Assembly (NCBI RefSeq): GCF_964204645.1
Contig: NC_134026.1
Location: 395,950 to 459,949 of the forward strand
DNA: 64,000 nucleotides
Source: Tubulanus polymorphus
Taxonomy: Eukaryota; Animalia; Nemertea
Direction: 5' to 3'
This document shows positions 1 to 12,799 of this stretch, piece after piece. A program made the position numbers and the translations under genes. The notes under the pieces were generated by a model. It was given only the letters and a program-made list of their open reading frames with translations. It was not told the origin of the DNA and did not search any database. The first letter of the stretch is position 1. Each line of letters begins with the position of its first letter.

Positions 1-125
1 GTCCAGATCGAGAAGAACCAACAAGGATGGAGGAAGTGCCAAGTGGAGGAGGAACTGACGGATGATGAATGAATGAATGAATATTGTTTTATTGTTTCAT
101 TGTTTCAGGAGGCAGTCCATTGGTG

Positions 126-3100
126 ATGTCTGGCCGAGCACGGGGACGAGCTCGAGGTAAACCTCGCGGAGGAGGTCCAGCACCACCTCCCAGACGTCCC
201 GGTGAGGAAGAACCACCGATCAGAGAGGAACCGATCGGGCCGGGTGTTTCTCGTGGACGGGGTAGAGGAGGCGCCGCTCCCTCTGAGGAAGCTCCTGTCG
301 CTGGCAGCGGGCGGGCTAGTTTACGAGGTACAACACGCGGTGAGAGGAAGCCCGGCGCGCCCGCGGCACCACCTCCGACAGCTGAGATGGCTGCCCTGTC
401 GGTCGGTACGGGCGATGCCCGTGATGTCGGTAATAAGAGAACAAGATGGGTGGAATTGAACACCAGACCGGCTCACGCTTCCGACAAAAAAGGTTCGTTA
501 ATCATTCATTTATTCAGATGTTAATTTTTGGAAGTAGTTATTTTACCGGACCCGGTCACCGACTTCTGAACGATATTTTGACGGATATCGTCTCTAATTG
601 GCTGATTTACTCCGCGCATGCGCAGAGAGGTGCACGACTTAGAAAATTTGAGGGAAGTGTAGAGAACAGAGTTTGAGAAAATAGAGCGGTATAAGGCGGT
701 AACTGGATCCGGCTAAGTAACCACTTCCTTAATTTTTTATCAGGTACCGGGTAGGTTTTACTGCGTTTTAAATGAAGCAACAGAATGGCCATTTATCTGG
801 AAAATAGGGAATAATCAGGGAGTTTTGTAAAAAAACAGCTATAAATCAGGGAAAAGTCAGGAAAAATTTGCCAGATCGCGATTAAAATCAAACAGCTTCC
901 CTCGGATCAAGTCAGAGTTCAAACAACAACAACACGAACATGTCACGGAAAAAGCAAGTCAAATAAAAATGGCCGCCATGTTCTTTGTTCCTGCTTTTTA
1001 ACGATGCAAATATTAATTAATTCAAATTTTCCATCAATTGTAGGAACATCGGGAGCTCAAGTGTCGCTATTCACAAACCATTTTAGATTAGAATCACTCG
1101 GCCGTCAGTTTATACTCTACCAGTATTGGGTCAGTTTTAAACCGGAGGTCGATAGTAAACGAGTTAGAATCGCGATCGTCAAGAGTAACCCGGATATTAT
1201 CGGTCCGGTTTCGGCGTTCGATGGGATGGTTTTATTTATACCTCGTAAATTAGATGACGTAAGTATTTAACAATCGAATAGATACTGATTTATAATAGAC
1301 ATGAGATGAAGTGAGTTTTAGACAGGCTGGCTTCTGACCTGAAAAAATTCATCCTCGCTTGCCATGGGTCCGGTATCACTCCCGAACTCGCTTCCACCAG
1401 CGCCCCCTGGCCTCACGAAGCGTGATTTCATTACTGGCGCTGTTGCGCATGACGTCATATATCGATTTGCGAAATACTTCCTTGTTCGGTAAAACATTCG
1501 CTGATTGGTCCATTTAACGGGAAAACCAATAGAAGCCTAAAGCTAAGTCGTTTGTTACAAGCGCTGTGATTGGTATGTCCGGATTCTGGTCGGCTAGTAA
1601 CGACTCCAGCGACTCGTGAGGTCAAGGGGTTCGGCGAACAGCTTTAGCTTAGTGGGTTCGAATCCCTTGAAGATGGAAAAACTTGGAAATCTAGATAAAT
1701 CAGGGAATTTGACAAGTTTTACCAAAAACCTGGAAAACTCCGGATACATTGTATATGGACGTGTTTTTTCTTCTGTCTTGTTCTTGCTTGTGACAAGTGG
1801 CACCAGGAACCTTTTGATAAGAAACAGGCCCAACTGAGGGTATCTACTATGTTTTGATGGGTGATCTGATATCAAGTGTCAGGGAAATAAGGATATTTTT
1901 GATTCCCTGGTCTGTAAGATCCCTGTAGTTCAGTGTAGGGGTCGCTATTATACGTTCGAAATGTAAAACTGAATGTTCAGTTTCATGAAATGTTTCTCTT
2001 ACAGACGACAGTGTTCACGAGTACGACTACTTTCAATAATTCCCCGGTTGAAGTAACAATCAAATTCACAAATGAACTTACTCAAGGGGATGCCACTTCT
2101 TTACAAGTGTTGAATGTATTTCTGCGCAGGTGAGTCTGGGGAAGTCTGGTGCTAGGCTATTTCAAAACACTTTAGCTTGAATCGTGATTGTAATTTTGTA
2201 GTTCACTGTGGAATTGCGTTGTTTTAATTGTCTATTAATACAGAGCTCTATTCACTATTGGTATGCAGCAGATCGGAAGAGATTATTTCAACCCTAATGC
2301 GAAGATAAGCATCCCCCAGCACAAGTAAGTCAACTTACGATTTATTTCTCCCAATCTACTTCCACAGGTGCTCGTATCAGAGTTGTACGTAGTGTAAAAA
2401 TGATAATCTTGTCAATCCAAGTAATAACTCTGATGTTGGTACTTCAGTCTTCAGCAATGGTTCCTAGCCAGATCCGTTGAAATCATAAATACCATCAATG
2501 CAGTTTTAATTCTCACTGTGCTAATTTTAACCATATTTTGAATGACTGATGTACAGTTGTTTACAGTTTGAGACATTCAGTGAATGATTTGATTGATTTT
2601 TCAGGATGGAAGTGTGGCCGGGTTTTACCACGTCAATATTACAGTACGAGTCCGATGTTTTACTCGGAGTTGACTTGAAATATAAAGTGTTGCGCAATAC
2701 GACAGTTTTAGACATGATGGTTAATATTCATTCTCGGTCTCAGTCAAATTTCAATGAGGAATGCATCAAGGCTCTCGTCGGTGAGATTGTGTTAACGAGG
2801 TAAATTCAAAAGACTTATATTCTGCTTTCGCCTTCAGTAGGCTTGGCGGTACAAGTCAAATCCGATCAACTTAGAGAAAACTGTATTCCTCAGATGTTTG
2901 TTGTTTGAATTATTTTTCTGACTCTCTATACGAATTAGAAAACACCAAACTCGGATATCGCTCTCGAGTTGGACAAACTTTGTCGTCGACATCCGACTGA
3001 ATCTACTATAGATATGGTTCACTAAAGAATGAATGAATTACTTTATGGACTTTACTCATAAGAATAGTACTGCATTAGTCTATATGTCTTATTGTATTAC

Positions 3101-6100
3101 TTTATCTGTGATTAATCACTTCATTTTGATTCTCAATTCAGATATAATAACAAGACATATCGCGTCGATGATATTGACTTCAAAAAGAACCCGCAGTCGA
3201 GATTTGAAACACGGGACGGTTCGCTGTCATATGTTGAATATTACCGCAAGGTGAGTAGAGGAAATTGTTTTCAATGGAGAGATTATACTCGCCTGAAGTT
3301 CTAAGCTCAATTTCGATTGAGGAATCTTTATTGTAATCATTTTTGGCGCATTGCAATTCTCGGGAACATCATATTATTTTAACATAGAGATATATTTGAC
3401 CCTCTCCTTACGGATCCCGGCTTACTCAGATAATTTTTCTTGAACTGAATGGAATTTTTTTTATCAAAGGCATATAACAAGAATATCACTGAATTGGGTC
3501 AGCCGTTATTGTACAGCCGACCGAAAGAAAAAGACAAGCGCGGCGGCCGAGATAATCCGATATATCTCGTACCCGAATTATGCGTATTGACTGGAATCAG
3601 TGACCAGATGAGAGCTGATTTTAACGTGATGAAAGACATGGCTATTCATACACGAGTCGGACCTCAACAGAGATACGATACTCTGTCTACTTTCATCAAA
3701 CAATTGAGCGAGTTAGTAATAATTAACGATTTACCTTTAAACGATTTAATAGTTTAATAGTTCTTCATAAACAAGGAATTATTTCTAGATTGCATTCTTT
3801 TGAAATAGCAGATATTATATTTCTTTCAGTAATGCAGATGTTAATACAGAAATGAGCAATTGGGGATTGAAGTTTGCCCGAGAGTTAGTACGTGTTAGTG
3901 GAAGAGCGCTTCCACCAGAATTACTGCTGCAAAAAACATGTAGAGTAAGTATCAGTTGTAACTTGATAACTTGAAAACAGATCTATTGAATGAATTTCAT
4001 CTCCAATATCCTCACATGTCAAATGGGTGTGATCACAAAAAAATTTACAACCATAATGTTATCTGTGAAAATGGCTAACAGGGAATAAGGAATAAAATCC
4101 TATATCTGAAATTTCACTTGCCCCCCTTCAAAAGCTACTTGCCCAACACAGGCAGTCCGATTGGTGGCACTATCATCTGTTGTATCGAGTGGGAAAAAAG
4201 CTTTGTGACATAAAATTGCACTAGCCCGGGGGACAAGTGATAATGATAACCTACTTGCTCTGATGAGAATATACTTGTCCCGGGCAATCGGACAAGTGCT
4301 TAGATCGGACCCTGGGCTAAATGTTTTTGCAGATCAGGTAAGAGTGTAATGAGAGGCTGATTACACTTTCCTGGAGAGATATATTATATTGATAAGGCTT
4401 CAACCATGTGAACTGCTGAATACCAACTATCTCAGTTTACGATGACCTTGTCATGTGTCTATTCAAGTGCTTTTTGTTTATAATCATTTTCTGTATTTTT
4501 TGCTACGTAACAAAGCCATAAAAAGAATTAGGTTAAATTTAATTGATTTGGATCATGATGCCTTATGACTAATCTATTTTTTACTTCCATCATGAATGAG
4601 TTAACTTGCTTTGTAGTTTTCGTACGATGCTAGAACAGCTGATTGGTCTCGCGAGATGCGCGGTAAACAATTGATTTCGGCGGTGAATCTTGAGAATTGG
4701 GGCGTGTTATTCACTACCAATGACACGGCAAAAGCGAATGATCTTATAAAAACGATGCAAAAAGTCGGGCCGCCGATGGGTATTAATCTCCGCGAACCGC
4801 TAAAGTAAGTTCTAATTCACGATCAATGACTCGATATTTTACCATTTACGCAGTATCCTCACACTCACATTTGATTTTGATTTGATAGATATAGAGTTGG
4901 TGAGGACAGGTTGGATGCGTTCAGACGATCGTTAGAAGCCGCTATCAAGCCTCAAGTTCAGCTCATTATGTGCGTCGTTCCGTCGAATAGAAAAGATCGA
5001 TATGATACGATAAAAAAATTCTGTTGTTTGGCTCATCCAGGTAATTATACAACAATGCTCCCTATTCGGGTGTCAGATTGAAATTCTTTCCAGAAACCGA
5101 CTCGTTTCTGAGTGAACAGTGATACACCTGCTGTCAACCTGCTCTCTGTCTATACACCCTCCTGACATTCAACAGACATTCAACATCTTCCCAAACCATG
5201 TTCATCCAGAAGTTGCCACCCCTTGGCAATTTTCTTTGAAAATGAATTAGGGAGTGATTAGGCATGAATTCATCATTTGTGAAAAATTAGTTCGTCCAGG
5301 CTTCGCCATTCAAAAGGTGATCATTAGAGGGGGCGTGGCTACAGACAGCTGATTGACAGCTGCATTAGTTTCTATCATTAATACTGAATACATCATCATT
5401 TCATGATGTGAATCATCGATGTTGATGTTTCATGTCATTGATTCTCGTATTAATGAATGAAGCTCACGTTATTTTTCTGCGTACTTCATGTTTCAGTTCC
5501 GAGTCAGGTAGTTGTTTCAAGGACGCTCAACAAAGCACAAATGTTGATGTCCGTAGCAACGAAAATCGTGTTGCAAATAAACTGTAAACTTGGCGGAGAG
5601 GGCTGGGCTACTGAAATTCCGGTAAGTGATCATTATTATAATCATTCTCGATATATCTCAATCATCCTCGATATGATATCTCAATCATCCTCGATGTGAT
5701 ATCTCAACCATCCTCGATATGATATCTCAATCATCCTCGATGTGATATTTCAATCATCCTCGATATGATATCTCAATCATCCTCGATATGATATCTCAAT
5801 CATCCGCGATATGATATCTCAAGGATATGATATCTCAATCATCCTCGATATGATATCTCAATCATCCGCGATATGATATCTCAATCATCCTCGATGTGAT
5901 ATCTCAATCATCCTCGATATGATATCCCAATCATCCTCGATATGATATCTCAATCATTCTCGATGTGATATCTCAACCATTCTCGATATGATATCTCAAT
6001 CATCCTGGATATGATATCTCAATCATTCTTATCGAGAATCTCATCTTATGTTGTATGTATAATTTTCATTAATGATTGAATTACACTGATGTACTGATGA

Positions 6101-8342
6101 GAAAAGTCCATTCAATTTTGAATGAAATGGAGAAGAGAAATTGGATGCAGAAAACTGCTATCCTTGCTTGCCATAAAGTGGAATCCTCGATTACCACGGT
6201 AACGTAAGCAGCTCCCCATTGAACTGTAGATGCACAAATTAAAGTGTATTGTGATGATTTATCTGATGATGACTGAGTTTCGATAGCTTTATCTCACAAT
6301 CTGATTTTGGTTTCGATATTTTCAGCTGAAGAACATGATGGTTATCGGTATCGACACGTTCCACGAGAAAAAGTCACAGAGTTTTGGTGGATTTGTGGCG
6401 TCGTTGAATCCAAGTTTGACGAGGTATTACAGCAGATGTGTCGCTCAACAGAGAGGTCAGGAATTACATCACGCTATTGTACCATGCTTCGCTGGTAAGT
6501 CTTTCAATTCTCACGTTAAATATCGGAATTTATGATGTAAATTCTCTTGTGGTTCATATGTTGTTAGTATTATTATAAACTTTATTCACAATAAGTACTG
6601 ATACCTTTTGAGTCATAAAACATTAAATCATATATGTACAAATAAAATCAATCTAGTCATAAGCTTGAATGAAAAGATGAGTTTTAAGAGCTGTATTAAA
6701 CTGATAGAAATTTTCAATATATCTCGAAGTATTTGATGGTAAAACATTCCAGTCTTGAACTCCTTCTAGGCTTAGTGTGGTAAGATGCTAGAAGATAATG
6801 AGCTTTTAGGATTTTAATTGTGTTTCTGTTCAGCTCCATTCATACCAACTTTGATGCTAACATTGATTTCTGTTTTCGTAGCGTGCTTAAAGAAATACAA
6901 TGAAATCAACGGCACCTTACCGGATCGTATAGTCATCTATAGAGATGGAGTCGGAGATGGTCAACTTCCGGTTGTTGTAGAACATGAATTGAAACAGTTC
7001 AGGAATACGTTTGAGGAAGTGAAACCCGGTTATTTGTAAGTCAATAGTGACCTCACTGTCACTCATTTCAACTGTATTCATATTCGTGATGAGTTTGTTG
7101 TTGTTTGTTCATTAACAAGCAATATTATTATTCATTTATTGATTTGTTTTAGGCCGAAACTTGCATTCATCATTGTGAAGAAACGTATATCAGCTCGATT
7201 CTTTATGTCCGCTGAAAGATCATTGTCAAATCCACCTCCAGGAACAATAATTGATAGCGTTGTGACAAAACCAGAATGGTAAGTAGTGATTCATTTCAAT
7301 TTCCCATAATCAACAATTAATTTTAGTGATCATCATTTTGAATGACCACATACTATTTGACATCAGAACTGTGGCCATTATGACCAGTGGGTGGGTTTTG
7401 TGTTCATCATCAGGTGAATGACCGCATCGTAATGGTCATCATCAGAAGTGACCGCCATCGGGTGAATGACCGTGTTCTAGCCATTTCTCACAAACTCCTC
7501 ACATGTTTGATGTAATTATATTTGTAGGTATGATTTCTTCCTGGTGTCTCAGTCAGTACGTCAGGGTACAGTATCACCTACTCATTACAACGTTATCCAT
7601 GATACTACCGGATTAAAACCAGATCATATCCAAAGACTCACCTATAAACTGACTCACTTATATTACAACTGGCCGGTAAGTGTCTCTACAAGGGTATATT
7701 TAATGTGCACCTCTCACTGCGTCTGCCCTACTGTTCGATGTATCCATTTGAGAGATGGCCGCATCTGGAACATTAGTAACTATTAGTAACTGAGGATACA
7801 CCAGTGGGAAATATGAATTTTCTCGAAGCGGTTTAAGGTGGGAAATACTCAGCAGCGAAACCCTTAATTCTGTTGTTTAAGTCTATATTCAGAGCTACCT
7901 ATTCTCATCCTCACCCAGGGCTACAAAACTCAGTCACACTAGACCGAGTAAGCAGCTTAGATGATGTCATTATTAGCCAAACAAATCCTATTTTATTTTA
8001 GCCTGGGTTTTTCCATATTTTATCCATGAAATTTGCATCAGTAAATATACAGCGGGTAATCTGATCGGTGACACAAGTTTTCTTGCGGCGAACCTGTGCA
8101 TGTACCTGCGCACCTGGTCTAGAATGGCGGGTTTTCTTGCCTCAAGCAATGCCGTCCCTGCCGGGGAGGATGCCTTTTCCAGGTTCTAATGACAGACATG
8201 AAAATTAGATTTCTTTCTTTTTCAGGGAACTATTCGAGTACCAGCCCCGTGTCAATACGCTCATAAGTTAGCGTATTTAGTTGGTCAATCTATTCACGAA
8301 GAGCCAGCGTTACAACTTGCAGATCGATTGTATTATCTGTAA
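126..8342 (+). CDS. PIWIL1: Piwi-like protein (PIWI-clade Argonaute, PIWIL1/aubergine-like), multi-exon
   Basis: Coding exons approx. 126-492, 1044-1258, 2005-2129, 2244-2324, 2605-2799, 3142-3250, 3470-3711, 3830-3944, 4617-4804, 4889-5040, 5497-5621, 6326-6494, 6882-7035, 7153-7278, 7528-7675, 8226-8342, all GT-AG. N-terminus [11 protein letters not shown]; PAZ ([25 protein letters not shown]); MID ([14 protein letters not shown]); PIWI ([62 protein letters not shown]...RLYYL*). Confidence 0.95.
590..980 (+). promoter_or_regulatory. Promoter-like motif cluster in piwi intron
   Basis: Perfect NRF1-type CGCGCATGCGCA (613-624), inverted CCAAT (597-601), YY1-type AAAATGGCCGCC (966-977). Confidence 0.4.
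1390..1670 (+). promoter_or_regulatory. Second promoter-like motif cluster in piwi intron
   Basis: CTCF-like CAGCGCCCCCTGGCC (1398-1412), CRE TGACGTCA (1450-1457), three CCAAT boxes (1504, 1526, 1569), locally CpG-rich. Confidence 0.4.
1670..1925. mobile_element. Non-autonomous DNA-transposon-like repeat (CAGGG family)
   Basis: Shares internal sequence (TCAGGGAATT...ACAAGTGG(C/T)AC(C/A)AGGAACC...TTGATAAGAA...CTGTAA) with 38685-38948. Confidence 0.5.
4112..4314. mobile_element. Partial MITE copy (family B)
   Basis: Near-identical to 8860-9052 (TGTATCGAGTGGGAAAAAAGCTTTGTGACATA...GATCGGACCCTG). Confidence 0.7.
5640..6030. repeat. 23-bp minisatellite in piwi intron
   Basis: About 16 tandem copies of GATATCTCAATCATCCTCGATAT starting shortly after the donor at 5622. 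Confidence 0.95.
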
Positions 8343-8806
8343 ACGATTATCTACAAGAAAGACAGCATTTGATGAAAGATTCAGAATAGAAATGTAAATT
8401 TTTAAAGAAATACTGTAACCAGGATCAACCTCTTGGTTGATTTGATCTGCTGTTCCTTACAGAACCACTACAACTGCTGGGAACAAAATGGGGTGTTTGA
8501 TTTTGAAATTGCGAAACGAATGTAATTGTCAAGTGGAACTGTGCATCAGTGGCTGATGATGATAGATCTAGTGCGCTCTGATGTTTAGTGAGATGAATGG
8601 TCACCATGTTAATTCCGGTCCCTGTATATATTGAATAATGAGCTTTTAAGCGAACTTTATTAAAACTCATTGCGATGAGAGTCTGAGTTTAAATTCATGT
8701 GATTGATATTGCTTCCACAGTGCCACGGTAAAATAATTCTTCAAATCTATGATTTATCATTCTATGTATTGGACTTATTTTAGTGGTAGTAAAGGTATTT
8801 TAGTTG

Positions 8807-9052
8807 CAGGGTCCGATCTAAGGAATGAAAGCCACTTGCCCGGGGGCCAGTATATCTGATATTTCACTAGCCCCCTTCAAATGCTACATGCCCTTCACAG
8901 GCAGTCCTGATTGGTGTTCGTTGTATCGAGTGGGAAAAAAGCTTTGTGACATAATATTGCACTAGCCCGGGGGACAAGTGATAATGATAACCTACTTGCC
9001 CTGATGAGAATATACTTGTCCCAGGCAATCGGACAAGTTGGATCGGACCCTG
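8807..9052. mobile_element. MITE (family B) in piwi 3' region
   Basis: Terminal inverted repeats CAGGGTCCGATC ... GATCGGACCCTG; second copy at 4112-4314. Confidence 0.75.
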
Positions 9053-9724
9053 TAGTTGTTTTAATTCTTGATGATGGGATTCAAAATTATTATTGTATCG
9101 TATCATGTGATTGCAACCAATTGCGAAACATTGCTCTCAAGTCTGTATTAAAAACACAGATTCTCACTTTTTTAAATTTGCATTTTTAGTGTGTCACTTA
9201 TAGACTGATACCACCTTGAGTAGTACGTATTTATATATTACTTGTATAAGACTCGTATTCATTTCTTCTAACATTTCAATCATCTTCATTGATCGTCACG
9301 TGAAACTCACTCCTCAGTTCTTGCCTCTTGAGTAAGAATTAATTCATTTTTGATGTCTTTGTTGAATTATTTGAATTTTAACTGCAGAGAGCTATAGAAT
9401 CATTAATAGATTCAGATTTAATTCAACTCTGTATTCAGAGATCAACTTTTCATTAATTCTCCATTGAGTGAAATTATGAACTGTCAAAAAATGTCTAATG
9501 TAAACTGTATTTCAATGTGCATGATGTCTAATGTAAACTGTATTTCAATGTGCATGTTATGTTTTAATGTTTTACTAATCCTTCTATAGATATATTCCCT
9601 ATAGGGCGGATCATTATATCCTAGTTGAAATGAGGAATGTTTTGTGTGAATTTTTATCATGGTGGTTGTTTATTATACATCATTATCATATTTAATCGCG
9701 TAACGTTTTAATATTCTCAACTTA

Positions 9725-9944
9725 GGCTAAAAAAAATTGATACCTTGTTTCTCCGCTCTGCTGAGCTTAAATGTTGACCCGGCCGGCCGCCTATCTACCC
9801 TATACATTACTTTTTTTTAAATCGTGATCAATTTTACCATAACAGACCCGGCCGCTATAGAAATGAACTGTTTATAAATTTTATCATATTTTACAAAAAT
9901 GACCCGGCCGCTGCGGAGAAACGAGGTATCATTTTTGTTTAGCC
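9725..9944. mobile_element. PIF/Harbinger (Tourist)-like MITE
   Basis: TIRs GGCTAAAAAAAAATTGATACCTTGTTTCTCCGC / GCGGAGAAACGAGGTATCATTTTTGTTTAGCC, flanked by TTA on both sides (9722-9724, 9945-9947). Confidence 0.75.
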
Positions 9945-10846
9945 TTATTCTTTAGGAAATGCTTTTACATTTATCAGAATTTTATCGATCCAAATTGAGC
10001 TGATTGTGACGTTTAACATAAATAACATTCATATACATATACAATACATTTGAGTTGCAATTTATATATTTTTGGTGTTTGCAGCTCAAATGATGACGAT
10101 TTATATTGATTTTTGTATGACATAATAATAATATTATACGTGAAAAATGTAGTGTACATGTGTTTGATTTCTGCAACTATGACTGATGAGGATTTTATAC
10201 ATTGTTTATTCATTCTGAAACGGCAATTCACCAGATGGCAGTTCAATGACGCTATTCACGCCCGAACTAACATCAAAATAACTCAGTAGACTCCTCCATT
10301 GGCGCTGATCCCGACCCGCGAACTCACGTAATCTAACCACACAGTCTGGAATTTTGCATTTTACCCATCCAAAATGTTGAAACCTTGACACACAATGACA
10401 TTTCATTATATTATTTATTATATATATATATTGCCTCAGGCGTTGATAAGAATATAATATTTTATGAATTAAAAGATTTCATCGAAGAAGCATTAATCTA
10501 TAATATACTAATGATTATAATTGATTCCAACTAATAACATCTAAAATCATAAATAATATATATTCAAAACTTTCGTTTTCATCATAATAGAATATTTCGT
10601 GTGCAAGTTAAAGCTATATACTAAATACTACCTGTGCACATCATCCATTTACTTCATAATTTTCTGACATTTTTTCGTTTCCTACAAATCATCAATCTAA
10701 TGAAAGTAATCTAAGATCATTTTTTCCCCAAATCTTATCACATCACATGTAGTAATAAATAGATGGCCAAGAACACTAATATTCCAAGTAAATCCAATGC
10801 ACCAGAAGAGATACATGTACCATCCAACTCAGATATCACTCTCAAG

Positions 10847-11296
10847 TCAAAAGATCCGACTTGAGCGGAGTCTACTGTGAGATGTGTCCGAGTTCAATGC
10901 TCGCGCTGAAGGAAGCCCGATTCCCAGTTCTAACTGGTGTTTAGGATTTGGTTTTAACGTAGCTGATGGGAGAGTGCTCTGTCCCGAGTATTGCTGTTTT
11001 TCAGGAGGTTTTGCCTCCTCATGTTGATGCCGGTAGATTATAGACTGTTCTGTCAGACTCTCACGTAGATCTCTATCATCGTACAGCTGTCTTTCAACTG
11101 TTGGTGTTCTTCCACTAGCCATCAGTTTGAGTAAACCTCCTCTACCCCTTCCCCGACCCATATATCCAGCCTCGTTTACGCCTACTGGAACACCGGGTCT
11201 TGGATGTTCAACAGACTCTAAACTTCCCTGAAGGGTCTGGGCTCTCCCTCTTCCCCTTGCTCTGCTGGTGGCACCATTATTATTCTTAGAAGACAT
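10847..11296 (-). CDS. Orphan 149-aa RG-rich protein resembling a Piwi N-terminus
   Basis: ORF MSSKNNNGATSRARGRGRAQ...RPG...MGRGRGRGGLL; strong acceptor (TTTCTTCTTTTACAG) immediately before an exon starting at 11313; upstream non-coding exon 12162-11907 with GAG/GTAAGA donor. Confidence 0.6.
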   Translation of the reverse strand: MSSKNNNGATSRARGRGRAQTLQGSLESVEHPRPGVPVGVNEAGYMGRGRGRGGLLKLMASGRTPTVERQLYDDRDLRESLTEQSIIYRHQHEEAKPPEKQQYSGQSTLPSATLKPNPKHQLELGIGLPSARALNSDTSHSRLRSSRIF

Positions 11297-12799
11297 CTTT
11301 AAACAGTTTCACCCTGTAAAAGAAGAAATTCAAAGATTTGTCCAACATGCAAATCTTATTTCAGCATCTCTAGAAATGTAGCATTATTTTAAATTACAGT
11401 GAAGTTGACTGGCTGCTAGCCATCATGACAGAGTGACCTCCTCAATACATGCACTTCCTAAATCTTAATACCGTGCACTGCTGGGTTTTCCTGGTAAAAA
11501 CTGAACTTTCCCTGTGTTCTGATGAAAGACCAGAAGATTGTTATCTCAACACACCTAAGTGGTCAGGTTTGGTTATAGTTTTCTAGAGATTTATCAGATT
11601 TTATCAAATTCCCAGTATTTCCCTGAGAGATCAGTTAATATCTGTGTTTTTTTTACCAGTTTTCTAGAATCATGGTCACCCTGCATGAAAAACAATGAAA
11701 TCTGTCGTTGTTGCCATAACCGTAACTAATCTAAACATCGTTATAATTCTATTGATTTTTCACTGATTCAACAATTTGAACTGTCAGTTTTTTAATTTTT
11801 CCATTTTGTGAACCGTGATTCCATAGATATATTATCAATTATTTATTCAAACTATTAAACATTTAGAAACTTAGGGATAAAATGTCTTATTAATTAAGGG
11901 TCTTACCTCAAAGAAATTCCTTTCTCACGAAGATGAGAGTTTAAAATTTGAAGCAGAAATCAAACAATAATCCCAGTTTCTCTAAAGAAACTTGATACGA
12001 GTGATGAAGCAGAAATTCACTGATTATCCCAAAGAAACCTCCGTCTTATATTCAAGTTCTTCCTTCAAAGTGAATCTTGCTCTGGGATCAGTGATGAAAA
12101 GTTGCTGACAAAAATTCTCAGTTCAGTCGCAGCTGTACCAGTGTACTGTATTTGGTGAAGATCTGAAAATTGAAGTCAGTCATCAGTAAGAACACTTTAC
12201 GTTCACTTTCAACTTAACTATCCATGAAAATTTACCTGTTATCTAATCAACATTCCTCAGTCAAATATCATATTTTTCAGCTTTAATATGTTTAAAAAGA
12301 TTGACTTCTACACATTTCTTATCTTCTTGGATGCATTATAAGTTAGTCAGTAACCTGTCTGTGGTTTAGTTTCACGATCGGATATTTTCACAAACCACAA
12401 ACGTTGGTATAAGCCCATCCGATTATAAAAAGCTTACCACCAACGATTAGGTAACTAACTACATTATAAGTACACTGACTGACTTGATAAAATTGGCTAA
12501 AAAAAGCGAAACAGGTGCCTGGGATTCTCTTCTTTCTCGTAAATAGGCAGTGTACCTTCCCCCATAACTATTAATTTGAATAGATATTAGTTAAGAGTCT
12601 CTTACCTATCTATCTAGTACTACCCAGATGTTGAAGTTAGCAGGTATTACACATTTTCATCAAACGTCAAACCGTACTACCATCTAGGGTCAATTAAGTA
12701 TTTGAATTGAATTAAATCTAGGGTTGTGATTTTGTTGGAGTACTCCCGCGGTCAATATGGATGGTATTGGAGCATTCCTGACTGGATATGTATAGTAGA

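Noticed and set aside
89-463. Antisense 124-aa ORF over the piwi first coding exon
   Set aside because: Shadow ORF of GC-rich coding sequence.
1590-1670. tRNA or vault RNA gene (GGGTTCGAATCCC)
   Set aside because: B-box only, with no cloverleaf and no adjacent oligo-T terminator.
126-8342. Prokaryotic Argonaute defence system or AGO-clade gene
   Set aside because: Spliceosomal introns and PIWI-clade signatures (RG N-terminus, [27 protein letters not shown]).
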